64,000 nt of DNA from Spirulina sp. (GTDB lineage Bacteria; Cyanobacteriota; Cyanobacteriia; Phormidesmidales; Phormidesmidaceae), in assembly GCA_044070495.1 (NCBI GenBank), contig JBIPSI010000007.1, forward strand, positions 96,001 through 160,000. The letters are read 5' to 3'. Below the pieces are notes generated by a model, which was given only the letters and a program-made list of their open reading frames with translations, ran no database searches and was not told where the DNA came from. Position 1 is the first letter of the stretch. Each line of letters starts with the position of its first letter. Shown here one piece after another: positions 27,879 through 37,693 of the stretch. Both the position numbers and the translations under genes were made by a program.

Positions 27879-30002
27879 TTGAAGCGTGTATTTAGAAAAC
27901 AGTCCCTAGTCGAAGCTCCTCTCCCAAGTGGGGCGGCTGAGACCATTGGGCTACTGGGAGTCTGCCGCCAGCAGGTTAACGCTCCGGTCAGCATGTTAGG
28001 TTTTGCATTATCGGTGGGGGCTACGGCCTCTGTGGTCTCGATGCCCGGTTTGGCCCTGGCCTCCGAAGGCTCCACGGTTGTGGTGTTGCCCGCTGTCGGT
28101 AGCTCCATGCAAGCCTCGGACACTGCGGCTCCCTTGAGCTTGTCCGCAGCGGGACAGACCGACTTCTATACGGTGAGCGAAGGCGACACCCTATGGCACA
28201 TTGCGGCTCGCCACCAAGCCGATGTCGATGCCATTAAAACCGTTAACGGAATTTCCCAGAACGATGTCCTGCACGAAGGGCAGGTGCTGCGCGTTCCCAC
28301 CGACAGCCTCACGACGACGGCTCCTGTAGGGGCTGTGGGGGGCGAAGACCTCGCCATGACTGACGATACCAGCGCTGTGGCCTTGCTCTCTGTCGATGCC
28401 CTGGAGCAGGGCTGGGTCACCCTAGGGGAAGAGTCTGCGACCCTGGATGACGAAGACCTAGAGGCCGATGCCGACGCCCTCGACGATGAAGCCCTGAGCC
28501 AAGAGGACGACGAAGCGGCTACCACCCTAGCCACGGCGGCTATCGAGTCTCCCTGGTCTGGGTCATCGGTAACGGAAGCCCTGAATCAAGCCCCAGATGT
28601 TTCCCCTGAGGCAGCAGCCACCGAGGAAACGGTGTCCTTGGCCGCAGCCCAGCCAGCCACCGCTGGCGCTGCGTCTAGCGGTTGGCAAGATGCCGCCGTG
28701 GACTTGGCGGCTGTTCCTGCGGATGAGGCATCGGCCCCAGGCCCGGCTCAACTGGCCAACGCCGAAACTGAATCTGAAGCGGTGTCGTCCGCTCAATCAC
28801 CCTCGGCCCTGCCCATGAGCATGGCACTCCACGATCCCAGCCAGCCCGTGGCCCCTCGGACGCTGGTGAAGCCTGAGTCCCGTCCTGTGGAAGCTGATTC
28901 CCAGGTCAGTGCGGCCCAGCCCACCCCAGTTGATTCAGCCGACACCTTGGCGGCTGCGGAAAGCAGCACCCCCGTTACGTCTGCAAGCTCCGCCCGTACC
29001 CGTGAGCAAGTGATCCAAGATCACCTGGCCCGCATCCGCGAATCCAATGGGGCGATGGTGAATCGGGACGAGCTGAATGAGCGTATTCGTCAGGCCCGTC
29101 TAGAGCTAGAGCGCAGCCGCACCGAGACCACCCCCCTCAGTTCTGGTCAGACCGCCCCCGCAGCTAGCCGTCCGATCACCCAAAGTTCGGCTCTGCTAGC
29201 CCGTGAATCGACCTTTGGGGCCGAACCTACGGCATCGGCACCCACCGCTACTACCCCCAACCGCATCGTGAGGGCCAGCGCCACGGAGCCTGTGCTCCCC
29301 AACCTGCCGAATCGGTTAGCTACGTCTGCGGCTACCCCAGCGGTAGAGGTTAATCGGCAAGGATGGACCGTGACCGATGCGGCCACCGAGGCCGAAGCTG
29401 CCCCCACCGAAGTTGCCGTAGCACCCCGGACGGCCCTACCCAACGAATCAGCGGCTGTCATCGACGCTCCAACCCTGGAAAATCGTCAGCTACTGGCGGC
29501 AGCTCCCCTAGGGGCAGAGGCCTATCGTCCCTTCCCCATGGTTGAAACGGGGCAAACGGTTTCCCCAGGTATGCCCATGCTGCCCGGATCCGATAGCTTC
29601 TTGCCTGAAGCTCCTAATCGGTTCAACGGCTATGTTTGGCCCGCCCGAGGCACCTTTACCTCTGGCTATGGCTGGCGCTGGGGCCGGATGCACCGTGGTA
29701 TTGACGTAGCTGGGCCTGTGGGTACGCCCATTGTTGCCGCAGCCAGCGGTGTTGTGGTTCGCTCCGGCTGGAACTCCGGCGGCTACGGCAACCTAGTGGA
29801 TATCCGCCACGCCGATGGTAGTCTCACCCGCTATGCTCACAACAGCCGTTTGCTGGTGCGAGAAGGTCAACAGGTAGCCCAGGGTCAACAAATTGCTGAG
29901 ATGGGCAGCACGGGCCGCAGCACAGGCCCTCACCTTCACTTTGAGATCCACCTCCCTGGCACAGGCACTGTCAACCCTATGGCCTACCTGCCTAGCCGCT
30001 AG
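27879..30002 (+). CDS. LysM + M23 peptidase (NlpD-like) cell-wall protein
   Basis: LysM YTVSEGDTLWHIA; C-terminal M23 MHRGID...YAH...GPHLHFE; TTG start after AGGAGG. Confidence 0.9.
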   Translation: MKRVFRKQSLVEAPLPSGAAETIGLLGVCRQQVNAPVSMLGFALSVGATASVVSMPGLALASEGSTVVVLPAVGSSMQASDTAAPLSLSAAGQTDFYTVSEGDTLWHIAARHQADVDAIKTVNGISQNDVLHEGQVLRVPTDSLTTTAPVGAVGGEDLAMTDDTSAVALLSVDALEQGWVTLGEESATLDDEDLEADADALDDEALSQEDDEAATTLATAAIESPWSGSSVTEALNQAPDVSPEAAATEETVSLAAAQPATAGAASSGWQDAAVDLAAVPADEASAPGPAQLANAETESEAVSSAQSPSALPMSMALHDPSQPVAPRTLVKPESRPVEADSQVSAAQPTPVDSADTLAAAESSTPVTSASSARTREQVIQDHLARIRESNGAMVNRDELNERIRQARLELERSRTETTPLSSGQTAPAASRPITQSSALLARESTFGAEPTASAPTATTPNRIVRASATEPVLPNLPNRLATSAATPAVEVNRQGWTVTDAATEAEAAPTEVAVAPRTALPNESAAVIDAPTLENRQLLAAAPLGAEAYRPFPMVETGQTVSPGMPMLPGSDSFLPEAPNRFNGYVWPARGTFTSGYGWRWGRMHRGIDVAGPVGTPIVAAASGVVVRSGWNSGGYGNLVDIRHADGSLTRYAHNSRLLVREGQQVAQGQQIAEMGSTGRSTGPHLHFEIHLPGTGTVNPMAYLPSR

Positions 30003-30025
30003 ATAGGGGTTCCTTAGGTTCATGG

Positions 30026-30058
30026 ACAGGTTAGCTCTTCTGGGCTAGCCTGTTTTTT
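30026..30058 (+). terminator. Intrinsic terminator
   Basis: ACAGGTTAGCTC-TTCT-GGGCTAGCCTGT then a T tract. Confidence 0.75.
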
Positions 30059-30121
30059 ATGAGGCTTGAATTCTGGGTGTTTGCTCCTAGGGTTTTGCAG
30101 AGCACTGGTGCAAGAATATGA

Positions 30122-30269
30122 CAGCAATTCTCATTTTGGTCAATTGGCCGTTCGCCCTGAGCCTGTCGAAGGGTGAAAAGGCTTGCTCCCTAAGGGAGCC
30201 ACTGCGTGAACGGCAGGTTCAGCCTGAGCGGTATTTTATTCACCAGTCTAGTCATACTGAGAATTGCTG
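30122..30269. mobile_element. 148-bp MITE (family C) with a near-perfect 9-bp TSD
   Basis: TIR CAGCAATTCTCA / TGAGAATTGCTG; flanks AGAATATGA / AGAATATTA; cargo is a CCCTGAGCCTGTCGAAGGG repeat plus a micro-insertion at 30185-30210. Confidence 0.75.
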
Positions 30270-30358
30270 AGAATATTATGTCTAGATCTTTGTGGCGATA
30301 GTTCTGTGATATATTTATTAACCGTGGGTTGAGTTTTATGAATTCAGCGCCATGCTAC

Positions 30359-30430
30359 GGCTCAGTAGCTCAGTGGTAGAGCAGGGGACTCATAAGCCCT
30401 TGGTCGCGTGTTCAAATCACGCCTGAGCCA
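30359..30430 (+). tRNA. tRNA-Met(CAT), probably elongator
   Basis: GGCTCAG/CTGAGCC acceptor stem, D arm AGCTCAGTGGTAGAGC, anticodon loop CTCATAA, TTCAAAT T loop; no encoded CCA. Confidence 0.93.
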
Positions 30431-30638
30431 TTCTTTAACGACAGCTAGTCACCTCAACACCCTTGATTTACTGGTGCTCTTAGGGGGCCGCGTTTTGCTA
30501 ACCCTTACCCATCCTTTCGTAGGCCCTGACTAATCTTGCTGATACTGACTAGCTGAACGGGGAATTTTAGGACGAATTGTAGGCTACCGAATAGCCAAGG
30601 GTAACTGAAGCAGACGAAGGACTCCTGCGGCGGTGTGG

Positions 30639-32003
30639 CTAGACGAGTCGGTTTTCCTCAATACAGTGCCGATACCAGTGAAAGCTGGCTTTGGGGATGC
30701 GTTGCTGGGTGGGGTAGTCTACGTAAACAAGGCCAAAGCGGCGATCATAGCCGTAGGCCCACTCAAAGTTATCGAGAAAACTCCAGAGATAGTAGCCCAG
30801 TAGCGGGTAGCCTTCCTGAATGGCGCGGTGGGCGGATTGCAGGTATTGGCGCAGGTAATGGATGCGGTCGAGGTCGAGCACTTCGCCCTGGGGGGTGAGG
30901 GTATCTTGGGTGGCGCAGCCGTTTTCGGCGATCACCATGGGCAGGTCGGGGCGGTTGAGGGTGTCGCTGATGTGGCGCACGCCCCAGTAGAGGCTATCGG
31001 GTACTAGGTGAAGCCAGGGTATATGCAGGCGGGGATAGCCCTGGGGAAAGGGCAGTACCTCGTAGCCCTGGGGGTGGTCTGCGGCCCGCACGTAGAGGCC
31101 GCTGTAGACGTTGTAGCCCAAGGCATCGAGGGGCTGATGGATAGTAGCGAGATCGTCGGGTTGGATATCGGGGGCCTCTGGGCCGAGGCGCTCTAGCAGG
31201 GCAGGGTGATAGGATCCGGTGAGGGCGGGAAAAATTACGCCGCCATTGGTGCCCACGGTGGCAAAGGCGGCCTGGGCAGCGGCGATGTCGGCGGGGGTGT
31301 CGGTGAGGGGCACCGTGGCCCTGTAGTTGTCTACGAGGGAAACCTGGCAGGGGCGGGGAGAGGCGGCGCGAATCGCTTGGCAGCCGAGGCCATGGGCCAG
31401 CAGGGCATGGTGGGAGGTTTGCCAAACCTCTTTCACGGTATTGACCACGGTGCCGGGGGCCATGGCGGGTACTTGGCCGACGCCGTAGCCGTTGTGGGTG
31501 AAGCACCAGATTTCGTTGAGGGTGGTCCAACGGTTGACCCGATCCCCCAGGTGTTTTACGGCCACGGTGGCGTAGTCTGCAAAGTCTTGGGCCATCTGCC
31601 GACTGCGCCAGGAACCGTAGGCATCCTCTAGGGCCTGGGGGCTATCCCAGTGAAACAGCGTCACCTGGGGGGTGATGTCGTAGCTGAGCAGGGTGTCTAC
31701 CAGCTCGTCGTAAAAGGCTAGTCCCTGGGCGTTCACCTGGCCCCGTCCCTCTGGCAAAAGGCGCGGCCAGGACAGGCTAAAGCGATAGTGGCGCACCCCT
31801 AGTTCTGCCATCAGGGCGATGTCTTCCCGAAACCGGGCCAGGTGATCGCAGGCGATGGCTCCGGTGTCGCCCTTCAAAACTCGGCCTGGGGTTTGGCTGA
31901 AGGTATCCCAAATGCTGATCCCCCGTGCCGCTGCGGCCCCTTCGATTTGGTAGGCGGAGGTGGCGACGCCCCATTGAAAGCCCGATGGAAAGGTGTAGAA
32001 CAT
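30639..32003 (-). CDS. GH1 beta-glucosidase
   Basis: FPSGFQWGVATSAYQIEG, TLFHWD, TLNE acid/base, AENG nucleophile, WSFLDNFEW. Confidence 0.93.
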   Translation of the reverse strand: MFYTFPSGFQWGVATSAYQIEGAAAARGISIWDTFSQTPGRVLKGDTGAIACDHLARFREDIALMAELGVRHYRFSLSWPRLLPEGRGQVNAQGLAFYDELVDTLLSYDITPQVTLFHWDSPQALEDAYGSWRSRQMAQDFADYATVAVKHLGDRVNRWTTLNEIWCFTHNGYGVGQVPAMAPGTVVNTVKEVWQTSHHALLAHGLGCQAIRAASPRPCQVSLVDNYRATVPLTDTPADIAAAQAAFATVGTNGGVIFPALTGSYHPALLERLGPEAPDIQPDDLATIHQPLDALGYNVYSGLYVRAADHPQGYEVLPFPQGYPRLHIPWLHLVPDSLYWGVRHISDTLNRPDLPMVIAENGCATQDTLTPQGEVLDLDRIHYLRQYLQSAHRAIQEGYPLLGYYLWSFLDNFEWAYGYDRRFGLVYVDYPTQQRIPKASFHWYRHCIEENRLV

Positions 32004-32050
32004 GGCGGGAGAAGGGAGAGGGGACACACCGAGGCAGGCTTGAGGGGGGC

Positions 32051-32114
32051 AAGGTGTTGAAGGGGGAAGGTGTTGAAGGGGGAAGGTGCTAAAGGGGGAA
32101 GGTGTTGAAGGGGC
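32051..32114. repeat. Four tandem copies of a 16-bp G-rich unit
   Basis: AAGGTGTTGAAGGGGG x4 (third and fourth copies vary slightly) between the LRAT gene and the GH1 gene. Confidence 0.85.
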
Positions 32115-32120
32115 TGGGCG

Positions 32121-32822
32121 TTATCCTAGGCGGCGTTCGGCGATGTCTCGGTCACGCTGGAGGGACAGTTCTAGGTTTACCAGGTCGCTGAGCTGCTGGG
32201 TGAGGGTTTCGACCTGGCGTTGGGCGGCTAGTTTGCGATGGAGAGCGGCTCTGGCCAGATCCTCACGCTGTTGGGCTAGGGCGCGTTCGGCCACCTGGTG
32301 CCAGGTTTCGATTTCCCGCTGGGCCGCTTGCTGGGTGGTGAGGGTGGATTGGTAGGCGACGGCAATGTCTCCCATGGCTTTCTGGAAGAGGAACAGTGCC
32401 TGTTCTGGGGTTTGGTTTTGGCTGGTGCGTTCGGCCCAGCGCCGGAAGGGGGATCCATTCAGTTGATTACTGTCTAGACCAAAGGTGGCCAGTTGGGTGC
32501 TTTCGCGACGACCCGTTTTGCACCAAGTGGCAAAGTGTTCGCAGTTGTTAAAAAATAGGTCGTACTGGCGTTCCCCGATGCGGCTTTCGGCGCGAGCCAT
32601 GACCACATCGTCGGCATCGGCCATGGCATGGTAGACCGGGTGAATGGGATGCCCCCAGGTAAACGCCTCTAGGCTGGTGCGCTCGACCTGGGCATCATCC
32701 CCCATCTTGCGGTAGTGGATGACGCTGCCATCGCCGCAGTCGATGCCGTGGTGTTGATAGACCCCTTGAATACTCGCCAAGGGACGCATCACATAGATTT
32801 GATCGCTTCTAGCCATGGGCAA
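32121..32822 (-). CDS. LRAT/NC-domain protein with PspA-like coiled-coil tail
   Basis: YQHHGIDCGDGSVIHY, YDLFFNNCEHFATWCKTG; tail WHQVAERALAQQREDLARAALHRK. Confidence 0.85.
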   Translation of the reverse strand: MPMARSDQIYVMRPLASIQGVYQHHGIDCGDGSVIHYRKMGDDAQVERTSLEAFTWGHPIHPVYHAMADADDVVMARAESRIGERQYDLFFNNCEHFATWCKTGRRESTQLATFGLDSNQLNGSPFRRWAERTSQNQTPEQALFLFQKAMGDIAVAYQSTLTTQQAAQREIETWHQVAERALAQQREDLARAALHRKLAAQRQVETLTQQLSDLVNLELSLQRDRDIAERRLG

Positions 32823-32874
32823 CGCGGATGCGAGGACGGAAACTAAGTGAATGACCTGTTAGTCAATGACCGTG

Positions 32875-33315
32875 CTAGTGAATGACCGTGGTTTGGTGGG
32901 GCATGTCATCGGCATCGTCGGCATCGAGGGAGGTGGGAACTGGCGCATCCTCCGAGGCATGGGCCTCGGCCCGTCGCCGATTGCTCAGCAGTTCTTGGAG
33001 GGGATCGCGTTTTTCAGCGGTGGTGTGAATTTGAATATTAGGGCCAGACCGAGCTAGGCGAATAATGATGCCATCCTCAACGGGGATCTCGTCAATCCGC
33101 TTGCCGTCTAGGTAGGTGCCATTGGTGCCTAGGCTCTTCACTCGCCAGCCATGATCGGTACGGTGAATTTCCACATGGTGCCGCGAAACCACCGCACTGT
33201 AGAGGATCACATTGTTATCGCTAGACCGACCTACCCGAATCACCGGCTCTTGGTCAAAGGACCAATGCTGAACCGGGGTTTTATGGAGGGGATGGAGCAA
33301 AGAAAGGGTAATCAC
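32875..33315 (-). CDS. FHA domain protein
   Basis: IRVGRSSDN, VSRHH, GTNGTYLDG. Confidence 0.88.
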   Translation of the reverse strand: MITLSLLHPLHKTPVQHWSFDQEPVIRVGRSSDNNVILYSAVVSRHHVEIHRTDHGWRVKSLGTNGTYLDGKRIDEIPVEDGIIIRLARSGPNIQIHTTAEKRDPLQELLSNRRRAEAHASEDAPVPTSLDADDADDMPHQTTVIH

Positions 33316-33463
33316 ATTAACCGGCTTGAGATCCTAGCTTATAGACACTCATCATAGGGGAGTCTTCAAAACTTCGCTCACTACGATTTTAAGAGAGGCA
33401 ATAAAAGATAGAAAGGTTAACGGCCTGTTCTGCCTATGCTGCCTCCCTAGGGAAACCAACGGG

Positions 33464-34222
33464 TTATGCCACCCGTTGCGCCCCTGGCACGTCCAAATCG
33501 CCAACGGCCTCCGCATCCAGCAACCAGAGGAGGTGCCCCGTGGGGCGCACTAGGCGCACTGGGTAGGCCGCATCCTCCGCCGTGGGTGAAAATACCTGGG
33601 TGAGGGCTGTCTGTTTGCTGGCCCCCGCCGCCACAATCATCACCTGACGGCTGTGGTTGATCAACGGTGCCGTGAAGGTAATTCGGGGTTCACCGTCCTT
33701 GTCTCCCACCGTCACCCAGGCATCCTCCACCGCCAGGGCCGCCGTGTGGGGAAACAGCGAGGCGGTGTGGCCATCGTCGCCCATGCCTAGCCAGATTAGG
33801 TCGAATTGGGGAAAGCCCGCCGAAGCAAGGGGTTGGAGATCGGCAAAAACTGCCTTTAAATCAGCCTCGTAGCGTTGGGCCGACTGGGCCGGATCGCCCT
33901 CGGTGGTGGGGGTTACCCAAACGTGATCCGCCGGAATGGGCACCTGATCCAACCAAGCCCGCTTGGCCATGCCCGCATTGCTGTCGGGATGATCCACAGG
34001 TACGTAGCGCTCATCTCCCCAAAACACGTAGATTTTGTCCCAGGGCAAATCTTGTTGCGCTAATCCTTCATAGATTGGCTTCGGTGTGCTGCCCCCCGCC
34101 AGCGCCAGGGTGCAATAGTCGTGATCGGCAATCGCTTTCTCAATGCAGGCGACGGATCGCTCTAGGGCGTGGCGCACAAGGGCCGTTTTATTCGGCAGAA
34201 CTTCAATGGTTGGTGCAGTCAT
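33464..34222 (-). CDS. pgl: 6-phosphogluconolactonase
   Basis: LAGGSTP, FWGDERYVP..HPDSN, LGMGDDGHTASLFP. Confidence 0.95.
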   Translation of the reverse strand: MTAPTIEVLPNKTALVRHALERSVACIEKAIADHDYCTLALAGGSTPKPIYEGLAQQDLPWDKIYVFWGDERYVPVDHPDSNAGMAKRAWLDQVPIPADHVWVTPTTEGDPAQSAQRYEADLKAVFADLQPLASAGFPQFDLIWLGMGDDGHTASLFPHTAALAVEDAWVTVGDKDGEPRITFTAPLINHSRQVMIVAAGASKQTALTQVFSPTAEDAAYPVRLVRPTGHLLWLLDAEAVGDLDVPGAQRVA

Positions 34223-34392
34223 CGACAACCTACTCCGAAGGGATTCAGACGCATGGAGCCAGGGCCAGCGACCCCGCCACAAAACTGCCCGTAGCCTAGC
34301 CTAACTTTTCCTGCCTTTGGCCAAACTTAAGCCAAATTTAGGGTCACGCTCTGGCCAAAGGGGATGGGATGGCGCTTGTGGCCTCTCTCTTA

Positions 34393-34575
34393 GAATACTC
34401 CGTGGAAATAACTATCCATTTATCGTAGGCATCCGCCCTCACCCCTGCCCCTCTCCCTAGGGAGAGGGGTTCTGAATCCGGCTCCCCTTCTCCTTAGTCC
34501 CCTTCTCCTTAGGGAGAAGGGGTTGGGGGATGAGGGCGAAGCTCGGACGTGGATGCTTTATTGGTTGGATTACGC
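34393..34575. mobile_element. MITE family A copy (inverted relative to 7635)
   Basis: Ends GAATACTCC...GGATTACGC flanked by TTA on both sides; same hairpin cargo with an internal TCCCCTTCTCCTTAG duplication. Confidence 0.7.
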
Positions 34576-34741
34576 TTAGCGGACAGGCTTTGGGATAGCC
34601 CAGGCCGTTTGTGAAAAGATCCCCCTGAATTCCAGAGGATTGAGCCTGCCTGCCCTAGGCTGTATTCAGCGGGCCAGAATCGGGACAGAAGCCTGCCCTA
34701 GGCATCCTGTTGCGCCCCACTACGTTCCGCTCGATGAACCC

Positions 34742-35083
34742 ATGCACGAACTCAGCATCACCCAAACCATTATTGATACCGTGATTGACGCGGCCCAGGG
34801 TGCCCCCGTGCAGCGCATCACCCTAGAAATTGGCGAACTTTCGGCGATTCTGCCCGATTCCATTCAGTTTTGCTTTGAAGCCTGCACCCCCAATACCCCC
34901 CTGGCCGGGGCCGAACTGGAGATTCAGACCGTTCCAGGGCGGGGCCGCTGCCGAGCCTGCGGCCACGAAATGCCTCTGGATATGCCCTACGGCATTTGTG
35001 AGCAATGCGATAGCCTAGCCATCGACATCATTGCCGGACAAGGATTGGTGATTCTTTCTATGGAGACCGTGCCATGTGCGTAA
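34742..35083 (+). CDS. hypA: Hydrogenase maturation nickel metallochaperone HypA
   Basis: MHELSI start, CRAC and CEQC Zn motifs. Confidence 0.95.
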   Translation: MHELSITQTIIDTVIDAAQGAPVQRITLEIGELSAILPDSIQFCFEACTPNTPLAGAELEIQTVPGRGRCRACGHEMPLDMPYGICEQCDSLAIDIIAGQGLVILSMETVPCA

Positions 35084-36006
35084 CCTGCGGCTGTTCCGAC
35101 GGGGCCGAACCCACCTTAACGAACCTGTCCACCGGGGAAACCACCTCCCTGGCCGACCCCAACACCGAACACACCCACCACCTCCCCAACGGCCAAACCC
35201 TCACCCACCGCCACGGCCCACAGGATAGCGCTCCCTATTCCCACGATCATGGTCACAACCACGACCATGGTTACGGTCATGATCATGGTCACGATCACAG
35301 CCAAAATCACACCCACTCCCCATTCCCCACTCCCCACTCCCCACTCCCCACCTCCCTCCACGCCCTAGAAATCAACGTCCTGGCCAAAAACGACCTGATT
35401 GCCGCCCAAAACCGGGGCTGGTTTGAGGGTCGCGACGTGCTGGCCCTGAACCTGGTGAGTTCCCCCGGTGCCGGGAAGACGACGCTATTGACTCAGACCA
35501 TCAACGACCTCAAGGATCGCCTATCGTTTGCGGTGATTGAGGGCGATCAGGCCACCCTCCACGATGCCGAGCGGATTCGGGCGACGGGCTGCGGCGTGGT
35601 GCAGGTAAACACGGGCACGGGCTGTCACCTAGAGGCCGAGATGGTGCGGCGGGGGGTGCAGACCCTAAAGCCTCCGGCCCGTTCGGTGCTGATGATTGAG
35701 AATGTGGGCAACCTGGTGTGTCCGGCTCTATTTGACCTGGGGGAACGGGCCAAGGTGGCGATTCTCTCGGTGACGGAGGGCGACGACAAGCCCCTGAAAT
35801 ATCCCCACATGTTTCGGGCCAGCCAGATTATGCTGCTGAACAAAATCGACCTGCTGCCCTACGTGAATTTTGATGTGGAGCGCTGCATCGCCTATGCCCG
35901 CCAAGTGAACCCCGATATCCAGGTGTTCCCGGTGTCGGCTACCTCCGGGGAAGGGCTGGATCATTGGTATGCGTGGCTGCTCGATCAGGTCAGTACCTTG
36001 GTGTAG
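35074..36006 (+). CDS. hypB: Hydrogenase nickel incorporation GTPase HypB
   Basis: MCVTCGC, His-rich linker, [29 protein letters not shown]. Confidence 0.96.
   Translation: MCVTCGCSDGAEPTLTNLSTGETTSLADPNTEHTHHLPNGQTLTHRHGPQDSAPYSHDHGHNHDHGYGHDHGHDHSQNHTHSPFPTPHSPLPTSLHALEINVLAKNDLIAAQNRGWFEGRDVLALNLVSSPGAGKTTLLTQTINDLKDRLSFAVIEGDQATLHDAERIRATGCGVVQVNTGTGCHLEAEMVRRGVQTLKPPARSVLMIENVGNLVCPALFDLGERAKVAILSVTEGDDKPLKYPHMFRASQIMLLNKIDLLPYVNFDVERCIAYARQVNPDIQVFPVSATSGEGLDHWYAWLLDQVSTLV
35312..35352. repeat. STRR-like heptamer tandem (CCCCA[C/T]T) inside hypB
   Basis: About six heptamers, frame-preserving, encoding HSPFPTPHSPLPT. Confidence 0.75.
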
Positions 36007-37043
36007 TTCAGCCAGCTCTCTTTGACCTGAAAGCCCACGGATTCATAAAGGGTTTTGGCGTGGTTGGGGTTGTCTCGGTCTACGCCAATCAGCGCCGTAT
36101 CAAGTCCAGCTTCCTGAAGCTGCTGCAAACCATAAAGCAACATGGCCCGCCCCAACCCTTGGCGACGATAGCCCCGACGGGTGCCCAAAAGCGCGATACT
36201 GCCCTCTCGGCGTTGGTGGCGGGTATTCTCCTCGTGGGGGATGTGGGCGGCGCAGAACCCGGCTAGGGTGCCATCGTCAGCCACGGCCACCCAGTCTAGA
36301 TCGGGCTGGTAGGTGGGGATTTTGGCGTGGTGCTGATGTTGGGCCACGGTCATGGGGACGAAGTGCCAGTGGTCGATAAACGTATCGTTAAACAGGGCCA
36401 CCCAATCTTCGGCGGAAACGGTATCGGCCCGCTGGATCGCAAAACCGGGGGGCATCTGCGGGTTCTCAAGGGCTAGGCTGAGGGGGCGCTGGAGGGTTTG
36501 GAACCATCGGGTTTTGCGAAAATGGTGGGCCTCGTAGACAGCCTGTTCTTCGGTACGGTTTTGGGCGATGACCACCCGCAGGTGAACAGGAATATGGGGA
36601 TCCGGTCGGGTGGTTTGCACATAATGTTCGGCCCAGTCGAGCAGGGTCGCTTCCAAACCCTGGTGACGATAGTGGGGATGCACCATGATTCCCAAATGGC
36701 TATTCACCACGGGCGGGTAGGTTCCTGGTGTTGGCGATGGATTGTCCTGGGTTTTGGAGTCTGGGGATGGATCCGGGGGGATATCGGTTCTGGGATCGCT
36801 CATCCACAACGTCACCACGCCCACCAGTTGCCCATCCGCTGTTTCCCAATATTGCCGATGCTGCCGACCACCGGGGGGCGGGTGATCCATCCGACGCTGA
36901 AGCTGTTCTAGGGTAGGGGCGTGATCGTTGGGATCAGCCTGCTCACAGGCTTGGTAAAAAGCCACTAGGGCGGGTAAATCGGATTGTCCTTGTTCGGGCC
37001 TAGGGATGAGCAACGGTAGAGCGGTGGTTATCATGGCATCCAC
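35985..37043 (-). CDS. Tandem GNAT acetyltransferase
   Basis: VHPHYRHQGL and LGTRRGYRRQGLGRAML acetyl-CoA motifs; LYESVGF. Confidence 0.85.
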   Translation of the reverse strand: MDAMITTALPLLIPRPEQGQSDLPALVAFYQACEQADPNDHAPTLEQLQRRMDHPPPGGRQHRQYWETADGQLVGVVTLWMSDPRTDIPPDPSPDSKTQDNPSPTPGTYPPVVNSHLGIMVHPHYRHQGLEATLLDWAEHYVQTTRPDPHIPVHLRVVIAQNRTEEQAVYEAHHFRKTRWFQTLQRPLSLALENPQMPPGFAIQRADTVSAEDWVALFNDTFIDHWHFVPMTVAQHQHHAKIPTYQPDLDWVAVADDGTLAGFCAAHIPHEENTRHQRREGSIALLGTRRGYRRQGLGRAMLLYGLQQLQEAGLDTALIGVDRDNPNHAKTLYESVGFQVKESWLNYTKVLT

Positions 37044-37166
37044 CCGACATTCATAATGGGGATCAATTCAGATCGCTACAGCGTCAGACTAGCCATTCCC
37101 GATGTCGTCAAACTTCTTAACTGAGCAGACTGAGCTTGAACCAACCCCTCCCCTTGCCCCTCACCC

Positions 37167-37616
37167 ATGACACCCTCCCCACCACCCCGTATCCGATGGC
37201 TGGCGTATCTGCTGATGGGTGGAGGTGCCCTGATTGGCCTAGGCACTATCGCACCCTTGGGGTTGTTGGCGGTGGCGGTGGCCCAAGATGGCTGGGAAGA
37301 ATGGCAGCGCTGCCGAGGCCATACGGACTTTGACCCAGCGGTGTGGAACGATCCGACCCGTTCCCTAGAACCGCCCTACCTGCGAAGCTGCATGGTGGAC
37401 GATCTGCTGGCCCAGGGTTTACTCCTCCAAAAAACCGAAGCGGAAGTTATCGACCTGTTAGGAACGCCGGAGCCGCCGGAACATGGCTTTAGCGACTATG
37501 ACCTCGTGTTTGTGGTGGGGCCAGAGCGCAGCTTCATCAGCATCGATTACGAATGGCTGCTGCTTAATTTGGATGATCAAGGGCGGGTGCAGGACACGCT
37601 ATTGATGACGGACTGA
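37167..37616 (+). CDS. Hypothetical membrane-anchored protein
   Basis: N-terminal TM; MVDDLL...EVIDLLGTP. Confidence 0.6.
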   Translation: MTPSPPPRIRWLAYLLMGGGALIGLGTIAPLGLLAVAVAQDGWEEWQRCRGHTDFDPAVWNDPTRSLEPPYLRSCMVDDLLAQGLLLQKTEAEVIDLLGTPEPPEHGFSDYDLVFVVGPERSFISIDYEWLLLNLDDQGRVQDTLLMTD

Positions 37617-37693
37617 TGGCTATGACGGGCTAATCATGATCAGGGATAAGCCCCTACGATGATTACTCGTTGTGATAACAGGCTCATTTGTTG

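Noticed and set aside
30359..30640. tRNA-anchored genomic island
   Set aside because: No integrase and no duplicated tRNA 3' end seen; flanking genes look host-like.
32051..32114. CRISPR array
   Set aside because: Units are contiguous 16-mers with no spacers; no cas genes or repeat-spacer arrays were seen in the window.
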